Shown in pieces: positions 57,775 through 64,000 of a stretch of 64,000 nt of DNA. The position numbers and the translations under genes were made by a program. Source of the DNA: Candidatus Eiseniibacteriota bacterium (lineage in GTDB: Bacteria > Eisenbacteria > RBG-16-71-46 > CAZEPH01); contig JBGATO010000008.1 in NCBI GenBank assembly GCA_044229145.1, positions 1 through 64,000 of the forward strand, written 5' to 3'. A model generated the notes under the pieces. That model made no database searches and was not told where the DNA came from. It saw only the letters and a program-made list of their open reading frames with translations. The stretch's first letter is position 1. Each line of letters begins with the position of its first letter.

Positions 57775-58602
57775 CTACCTGCGGCGGGCCGATGATGGGG
57801 AGCGGGACACCGGCCGCCGCCGGGCCGCCACCTTGCGCGCCACCACCAACAGCGGCTGCGCGGGGTCCGACCACGGTTCGTCGCTGTCGTAGTCGCCGTG
57901 CAGCGCCTCGAGGGCGAAGCCGCAACTCTCCAACAGGAGCGACAATTCGGCGGGGAACAGCCAGCGCTGGGTCATCGTGGCGCGGCGCCGGGTGAGCGCT
58001 CCCTCCGCGGTGAGCAGATCATAGGTCAACTCGGTCACCGTCGTCTGCGTGAGGCGGTCGGGGCGGCGGATCTCCCAGCAGGTGGTGGATCCCCCGTCGG
58101 CCCAGGGAATCATGTAAACCTGGCGCAGGCGGTCGGCATCGGGATTCTCGATTTCGTTGTAGGGTGAACCGAGCTCCATCAGCAGCAGGCCGCCGGGCGC
58201 CAGCGCGCGGTGGCACGTCTGGAGCGCGGCGCGCTGGCCCTCGGCGCCCTCGACGTGCATGAGCGAGTTGAAGGCCCAGATCGCGGCCTGGTGTCCGCCC
58301 GGCAGTTCGGCGCGTGTGAGATCGCCGTGCAGCCAGGTGACCCGCTCGTGGATGCGGCGCGGCAGGGCGGTGGCGTTCTCGGCGGCCACCGCGAGCATCG
58401 CCGCCGAGCACTCGACGGCGTGCACGCGGAACCGGCGTGCCGCCAGTGCCAGGGCGACGCGCCCGGTGCCGGCGCCGCACTCGAGCACCGGCCCGCGCCG
58501 CGGCGAGAGGTAGCGCAGGTAGAACGGCAGGTCTTGGTCGAAGCCGCCGTTCTCGAAGTCGTACAGACGCGCCAGGACGGCGTCGTCGAACAAATCGTTC
58601 AT
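57775..58602 (-). CDS. Class I SAM-dependent methyltransferase
   Basis: YD....DLPFY, GPVLECGAGTGRV, FNSLMH, LAPGGLL. Confidence 0.9.
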   Translation of the reverse strand: MNDLFDDAVLARLYDFENGGFDQDLPFYLRYLSPRRGPVLECGAGTGRVALALAARRFRVHAVECSAAMLAVAAENATALPRRIHERVTWLHGDLTRAELPGGHQAAIWAFNSLMHVEGAEGQRAALQTCHRALAPGGLLLMELGSPYNEIENPDADRLRQVYMIPWADGGSTTCWEIRRPDRLTQTTVTELTYDLLTAEGALTRRRATMTQRWLFPAELSLLLESCGFALEALHGDYDSDEPWSDPAQPLLVVARKVAARRRPVSRSPSSARRR

Positions 58603-58617
58603 CGTGGGAGGTCATCC

Positions 58618-59064
58618 ATGGAGTGGGGCGAAATGGCTGTGCGTCTGGGCCTCGCCTTGGTGTGCGGCGGGCTGCTTGGGTGGGAACGCGAGAGCGAGGG
58701 CAAACCGGCCGGCGTGCGCACGCACATGCTGGTGTGCCTCGGTTCCTGCTTGTTCCTCCTGGTGGCCGCCCGCACCGCCACCACCCCGAACAACGAGGCG
58801 GCGGCGCGCGTCATCTCCGGCGTCGTGCAGGGCATCGGGTTCCTCGGTGCCGGGACGATCATGCGCGATGGCGGCGCGGTGTTCGGCCTGACATCGGCCG
58901 CCTCGATTTGGGTCACCTCGGCCATCGGAATCGCGCTCGGCGCCGGTGCCTTCGACGTGGCGCTGGTGGCCACCGGTCTGGCGTCGCTCATCTTGCGGTC
59001 GATGCTGCCGGGCCTCAAGCACCGTCCCGGCATGCGCCGTCTCCAGAACGATCAGATGGACTAG
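58618..59064 (+). CDS. MgtC/SapB-family membrane protein
   Basis: GGAGG RBS. GLLGWERE...KPAGVRTHMLV.LG, RVISGVVQGIGFLGAG, GLTSAASIW. Confidence 0.92.
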   Translation: MEWGEMAVRLGLALVCGGLLGWERESEGKPAGVRTHMLVCLGSCLFLLVAARTATTPNNEAAARVISGVVQGIGFLGAGTIMRDGGAVFGLTSAASIWVTSAIGIALGAGAFDVALVATGLASLILRSMLPGLKHRPGMRRLQNDQMD

Positions 59065-59089
59065 CGGGTGACCCACGCCGCTGGTGCGA

Positions 59090-59125
59090 CGAAAGCCGCC
59101 TCGGGCGATCCCGGGGCGGCTTTCG
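59090..59125. terminator. Hairpin between the convergent mgtC-like and ferredoxin genes (probable bidirectional terminator)
   Basis: CGAAAGCCGCCTCGGG-CGAT-CCCGGGGCGGCTTTCG. Confidence 0.78.
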
Positions 59126-59149
59126 CATGCCTGCGACGCGGCGGAGCGG

Positions 59150-59338
59150 TTACTCGAGGATGATCGCGTTGGTCGGGCAGGCGGCGCACGCCTCGCGGAC
59201 GCACGCTTCCATCTCCGGGCCCGGGTTCTCCATGATGACGTGCGCGAGACCGTCGTCGCGCATCTCGAAGACTTCCGGGGCGACCTCGGCGCAAATGGCG
59301 TCGCCGATGCACAGGTCGTAGTCAACGATGGGCTTCAT
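59150..59338 (-). CDS. Single-cluster ferredoxin with CxxDxxC motif
   Basis: VDYDLCIGDAICAEVAPEVFEM...CPTNAI. AGGAGG RBS upstream. Confidence 0.92.
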   Translation of the reverse strand: MKPIVDYDLCIGDAICAEVAPEVFEMRDDGLAHVIMENPGPEMEACVREACAACPTNAIILE

Positions 59339-59664
59339 CCGCTTTCACACCTCCTGACGAACGGGGGGACATCGCCGCAGCATCGATCACCGATCGGGCG
59401 CGCCAGCGGCAGGCCGGGCGGGGGCGACATCCGCGAAATCGAGGCCACAGACTATATCGGCGGTCGTGCCCGATGCAAGGACGGCGTCGGACCCGCGGCC
59501 CCGCCGCCTGGGGAACCGGCCGCCGGGCGCCCCGCCGCCAGGCCGCAGGCACGGCGCTGGCTGGATCAGGGGCGGGCTTGGTACACTGGGCGGACGATCC
59601 GCACCGTGCCCTTCCCCATGACATGCGCGGCGACGGCCTGCCCATCTCGCCGGAGGACTTGTGT

Positions 59665-62600
59665 TTGCATCCCGAAGGAACAGCCCGCGGCGCGGCCGGC
59701 GGCACCACGTGCGCTCCGTGCGCTGACCGTGTGCGTTCCCAGGCTCCGCGGCGTGCATCGTGCGCACGGCGCGGCGCGACTTCGCCGCGGGATCCCGACA
59801 ATTGGCAGGCCGGCTACAGCGCAGTGCGCGCCACGGTGGCCGCGCCCGGCGACCTCGACGCGGTGCGCCAGCGCATCGTCGAGGGCGGGGGCGAAGTCGG
59901 CGTGATCGTCCCGCCGTCGAGCTATCCCGGCGAGGCGGTGTTCCTCGGCTGGGTGACGCCCAAAGCCGGCTCGGCGCTCCTCGGACAGCGGGGCATCACG
60001 CAGGTGCTGACGCCCGGCTCGCGCTTCACACCGGCGATCACCGCCGACCTGGAGACCTCGCCCGGGCTCTCGTTCTGGCACCAGGTCGTGAGCGGCGAGT
60101 GGACCGAACCGGCTGCCGTTGTCGAACCGCGGCAGCACGACACCGACGTGCGCGTGCCCGCCGATCTGCCCTTCGGCGGCGGCGACGCGCCGTCGCGCGG
60201 CGGCGAAGGCCTGCCGTCCATCAACGGCACCAGCGACCAGATGACCGGCACCGTGACCACGGCGCTCTTCCTGTGCGAGAGCAACGGCACGCTCGACGCC
60301 AACCTCTACTCGTGGACGCCGGCCGACTCGGCCGCCGAGGTGAGCGGCGTCATCGGGGCGATGTCGTGGTGGAGCGGCAAGGCGCCGACCTATGGCCAGA
60401 GCGTCACCTTCACCGTGCTCATCTACGGGCCGTCGAGCAGCGTGTCCTCCACCAAGTACGAGCCGGTCATCCACCGGTCGAACGAGGTCTCGCTGTGGGT
60501 CAGCGAGATCCTCTCGCACTTGGGCTACAGCAGCGGCAGCGACATCACGCGCGCCCGCAACTTCGACAACTCGCTGATCGCGACCTATCACACCAACTGG
60601 GCGTTCTGCATCTTCAACGGCTACAACCCGCTGCCGGCCAGCGATGCGTACAGCGACGGCACCTCGGCGTGGGCGTATCTCAACGGGCCGTACGAGCAGA
60701 CGCTGTTCCGTTCGTACTCCTGGCTGCCGCAGCAGGTGACCGCGCACGAGACCGGCCACATCTTCGGCGCCTGCGACGAGTACGCCGGCGCGTGCGGCTG
60801 CGATGTGTGCAACAAGAACACGCTCAACGCCAACTGCGAGTCGTGCAACCCGGCCACCATCGACTGCATGATGAAGGCGAACTCCTACCGGTTGTGCGCC
60901 TACACGCCGGGGCAGATCGGCTGGCAAACCGCGGTGGCGACGGTGGTCATCGACACCATGGTGGTGAGCGATCCGGCGCCGGCCAACAATGACGGCGGCG
61001 CGGACGCCGGCGAAACGGCGTACTTGAGCATCACGCTCGCCAACATCGGCACAGCGCCGGCGCGCGCGGTGACCGGCACCCTGTCGACCACCGATCCCTA
61101 CGTCACCGTGTTGACCTCGACCTCGAGCTTCGGCGACGTCATCCTCACCGCCACCGGCGCGACGCAGTTCAAGGTGTCGATCTCGCCGAGCGCGCCGGAA
61201 GGCCACGCCGCGCTGCTCAAGCTGGTGCTCGCGGGCAGCAGCGGCTTCGCGGCCACCGACACCGACACACTGATCATCTCGCCGACGAAGATCCTGCGCG
61301 TGACCCCGTCGACGGTGGCGAACACTGGACCGGTGCTGCTGCGCCTCGGCGGTCATCACTTCCTCAGCGGCTCGACGCTGCGCATCGAGAATTCGGTCTA
61401 CGGCACGATCACCGCGACCGGTGTGACACGGGTCAACGCCGACTCGCTCACCGGCACCGTCAACGTGACCGGACAACCGCTGTCGCACTGGGACCTCGTC
61501 GTCCTGAGCCCGAACGGTCAGCGGGCCGGCTTGGCCAGCGCGCTGTACATCACGCCGGCGGGGCCGGGCATCACCAGCGCGTCGCCCAACGTCGGGTCGT
61601 CCACCGACAGCGTGACGTTCATCCTGAAGGGCGTGAACTTCAATTCGCCGCTCGGGGTGTGGCTCGAACAGGGCGCCACCAAACGCTATGCGTCGGGCAT
61701 CACCGTGGTGACGCCGGAATCGCTGCGCTGTGGCATGTCGTTCAAGGGGCTCGCCGCGGGCGTGTACGATGTCGTCGAGCAGAACTTCGACACGCAGACC
61801 GCGCGCTTGGTCGGCGGTGTCACCCTCTACGGCCCGCCCGACCTGCAAGCCCTCGCGCCCGAGGTCGTGGGGAACGGCGGCACCGCGGTCCTCACCTTCT
61901 CCGGGGCGAACTTCGCGAGCGGTGGCACGGCCTATCTCACCGCGCGCAACAAGGCGCCGATCTACGCCTCGGTGCTGCAATACGACTCGTCGACGCAGAT
62001 CCGCGCGACCTTCACGCTGCCCGGCAACGTCTCCGGGACGCGTACGGTGACGCTCACCAACCCCGGCGGCGCGCGGGACAGTCTGGTGGGAGCGCTCAGC
62101 ATCGTGCCGCCGCCCACCGCGCACGTGGTGCACCCCAACGGCGGCGAGATCCTCGCGCCCGGCACCAGCACGACGATCGGCTGGACGGCGCAGAGCTTCG
62201 GCAACGGACTGGATCACGTGCTCGTCGAATTGAGCCTCGACGGCGGGCTGACCTTCGGCACGCTGATCGCGTCGGCGGCGCCGGAGGACACGTCGGTGAC
62301 CTGGCTGGTGCCGTCGACGGTGACCGACTCGGCACGCGTCCGGGTGATCGCGTACGATGTCGACAACATCAGCGGCGCCGACGACAGTGACGCCAACTTC
62401 ACCATCGGCACCGCCACCGGGATCCCCGGCGAGCGGGTGCCGGCGCGGTGGCAGCTCGTGCGGACCGGCGGCCAGCCGGCGCACGGCGCGGCGGCGTGGC
62501 GGCTCGACGTCGCCGATCGCGCGCCGGTGGTCGCGGCGGTGTACGATGTCCGCGGCGCGCTGGTGGCGCGTCTGGTGGATGCCACGCTGGTGCCGGGCTC

Positions 62601-62721
62601 GTACGCACTGCGCTGGGATGGTCGCACGCTGGCGGGGCGCGCTGCCGGGACCGGCGTGTACGTCTGCCGCGTGGACGGCGGCACCCGGCACTTGAGTACA
62701 CGCGTGGTGCTGGCGCGCTGA
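59665..62721 (+). CDS. Secreted zinc metalloprotease (metzincin-like) with IPT/TIG-like domains and a FlgD-Ig/T9SS-like C-terminal domain; start uncertain
   Basis: AHETGHIFGACDEY...CMM, PNGGE domain and a C-terminal YDVRG...WDG...GVY. In-frame TTG 8 nt after GGAGG, but no clean signal peptide. Confidence 0.82.
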   Translation: MHPEGTARGAAGGTTCAPCADRVRSQAPRRASCARRGATSPRDPDNWQAGYSAVRATVAAPGDLDAVRQRIVEGGGEVGVIVPPSSYPGEAVFLGWVTPKAGSALLGQRGITQVLTPGSRFTPAITADLETSPGLSFWHQVVSGEWTEPAAVVEPRQHDTDVRVPADLPFGGGDAPSRGGEGLPSINGTSDQMTGTVTTALFLCESNGTLDANLYSWTPADSAAEVSGVIGAMSWWSGKAPTYGQSVTFTVLIYGPSSSVSSTKYEPVIHRSNEVSLWVSEILSHLGYSSGSDITRARNFDNSLIATYHTNWAFCIFNGYNPLPASDAYSDGTSAWAYLNGPYEQTLFRSYSWLPQQVTAHETGHIFGACDEYAGACGCDVCNKNTLNANCESCNPATIDCMMKANSYRLCAYTPGQIGWQTAVATVVIDTMVVSDPAPANNDGGADAGETAYLSITLANIGTAPARAVTGTLSTTDPYVTVLTSTSSFGDVILTATGATQFKVSISPSAPEGHAALLKLVLAGSSGFAATDTDTLIISPTKILRVTPSTVANTGPVLLRLGGHHFLSGSTLRIENSVYGTITATGVTRVNADSLTGTVNVTGQPLSHWDLVVLSPNGQRAGLASALYITPAGPGITSASPNVGSSTDSVTFILKGVNFNSPLGVWLEQGATKRYASGITVVTPESLRCGMSFKGLAAGVYDVVEQNFDTQTARLVGGVTLYGPPDLQALAPEVVGNGGTAVLTFSGANFASGGTAYLTARNKAPIYASVLQYDSSTQIRATFTLPGNVSGTRTVTLTNPGGARDSLVGALSIVPPPTAHVVHPNGGEILAPGTSTTIGWTAQSFGNGLDHVLVELSLDGGLTFGTLIASAAPEDTSVTWLVPSTVTDSARVRVIAYDVDNISGADDSDANFTIGTATGIPGERVPARWQLVRTGGQPAHGAAAWRLDVADRAPVVAAVYDVRGALVARLVDATLVPGSYALRWDGRTLAGRAAGTGVYVCRVDGGTRHLSTRVVLAR

Positions 62722-62788
62722 CGGCGCACGGACGGAGATCTCATCACGCCGCTTCGACGGGAGGACGTACCTGCAGTCTCGACCGGCC

Positions 62789-63625
62789 ATGGACAGGCCT
62801 GACGACGCGCCGCGCCCCGCGGGGCCGCGCCCTTTTTCCGGCTACCAGCCGGCACCTCTCGGCGCGCCGCCCGCCCGTCGTGAGCCTCCGCGCACCGCTG
62901 AGGTGCCTCCGCGTCGCCGGCCTCAGCGCAGTTGGGAGCGCCCGATCAATCCGGCGCTGCGCCGCGGCCTCACCTTCGCGCTCGTCCTGCACCTGATCCT
63001 CGGCGGATTGGTGACCGTGCGCTGGCACCGCGGCGGCGGCGCGCCCGCCGGAACGCCCGGCAATTTCCACATCGACGTGTCGCCCGAGATCCAGGCCAAG
63101 CGCGCGCAGGTCATTCCGCCTGTCGAGCGGGCGCCGGAGGAACCGCAGAATCCCAAGGCCGAGCCGGTGATCGAGAAGCCGAACGCGAAAGGGCCGATCG
63201 AGCCGCGCGCGGTGATTCCGCAGACGCGCCGGCCGTCCTCGCAGGGCGCGTTGCTGGCGCCGGGCGCGCGCTCGGCGCAGCATGGGGCGCTGACCGCACC
63301 CACGTCGTTCCAATTGGGCACCGGAGGGGCAGGCGGCAACAGCGAGTTCGCCTACTATCTCGCCGGGGTGCGCGCCAAGATCGAGCGCGCGTGGTCGCCG
63401 CCGCGGGGCGCCGCTGGACGGCGCGCGCTGACCGCCAAGGTCGCCTTCACGATCGGGCGGCGCGGCGATGTCTCGGCGATCACGCTCGAGGAACGCTCCG
63501 GCATCGGGTTCTTCGACCAATCGTGTCAGGACGCGATCCGGCGGGCCGCGCCGTTCGCCCCGCTGCCCGACGGCTACGGATACGACGACATGCTCATCCA
63601 CTTCACGTTCAGCTATGCGGACTAG
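62789..63625 (+). CDS. TonB/TolA-family energy transducer
   Basis: Transmembrane segment with ALVLHL, a Pro-rich linker and a C-terminal YY...V.AKI..AW...FTI.R.G...SG..FFDQ....AI.RAAPF.PLP. Confidence 0.85.
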   Translation: MDRPDDAPRPAGPRPFSGYQPAPLGAPPARREPPRTAEVPPRRRPQRSWERPINPALRRGLTFALVLHLILGGLVTVRWHRGGGAPAGTPGNFHIDVSPEIQAKRAQVIPPVERAPEEPQNPKAEPVIEKPNAKGPIEPRAVIPQTRRPSSQGALLAPGARSAQHGALTAPTSFQLGTGGAGGNSEFAYYLAGVRAKIERAWSPPRGAAGRRALTAKVAFTIGRRGDVSAITLEERSGIGFFDQSCQDAIRRAAPFAPLPDGYGYDDMLIHFTFSYAD

Positions 63626-64000
63626 CCGCGCGCTGCCGGCGCTGCTCGGACTCGGCGTGCTCGTGGCGGCGCTGTCGTGGCCGCGCACGCCGCAGGCGCA
63701 GCGCGAGTTCCGCCTCGATTTGTTTGGCACCGCGGCGCCGAAGATCCGCATCGCGGTGCCGGACCCGGATCCGCGGACGGTCCCGGCGCCGGCCCGGACC
63801 ACGCTCGCCACCGCGATGGCGGTGCTGCGCAACGACCTCACGCTGTCGGATCTGTTCGACGTGACGACCGCCGTCTCCGACTCGTGCACCGTGCAGGCGT
63901 CGTTGCTGGCGAGCGGCGGCGCGACCGGCGGCGTCGCGCTGCGGGCGACGCTGACCTCGCTGCCGGGCAGGAATCCCATCGGCTCGCAAGCGAGCAGCTT
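63615..64000 (+). CDS. Probable TolB N-terminal part (truncated by the window end)
   Basis: ATG at 63615 overlaps the tonB/tolA end. Signal peptide MRTSRALPALLGLGVLVAAL..., then KIRIAVPD...VLRNDLTLSDLFDV, which resembles the TolB N-domain. Confidence 0.62.
   Translation, partial: MRTSRALPALLGLGVLVAALSWPRTPQAQREFRLDLFGTAAPKIRIAVPDPDPRTVPAPARTTLATAMAVLRNDLTLSDLFDVTTAVSDSCTVQASLLASGGATGGVALRATLTSLPGRNPIGSQASS

Noticed and set aside
58599..59033. Minus-strand ORF ending in an ATGA overlap with the methyltransferase
   Set aside because: It is antisense to the clearly conserved MgtC-family gene and has no recognisable features.

Overview
High-GC bacterial chromosomal window. The many secreted proteins ending in a FlgD-Ig/T9SS-like C-terminal domain suggest an FCB-superphylum organism such as an Eisenbacteria-like lineage (inference only). 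From left to right it contains: (i) two paralogous giant secreted beta-helix proteins flanking an aspartase/fumarase-family gene and a Uma2 nuclease; the first has an exact 291-nt Ig-like repeat array with an in-frame TGA at an otherwise invariant Cys; (ii) a complex I cluster made only of hydrophilic-arm genes (nuoB-C-D-F ... G-I; no nuoA, E, H, J-N), split between nuoF and nuoG by three acyl-ACP desaturase paralogs plus an ArsS-family radical SAM and its AhpD/CMD partner, which appears to start at CTG; (iii) two convergent toxin-antitoxin pairs, lipA, DUF2203, a Rieske ferredoxin and a peroxiredoxin missed by the ORF track because its catalytic codon is TGA (probable selenoprotein); (iv) a run of secreted proteins (two FG-GAP propellers, an S8 protease, a propeller-like protein, an IPT/TIG protein, a zinc metalloprotease) with cvpA, a methyltransferase, an mgtC-like gene, an Asp-ligated ferredoxin and the start of a tolA/tonB-tolB locus. 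No rRNA, tRNA, CRISPR array or transposase was recognised. All family calls come from reading motifs by eye, with no database search.
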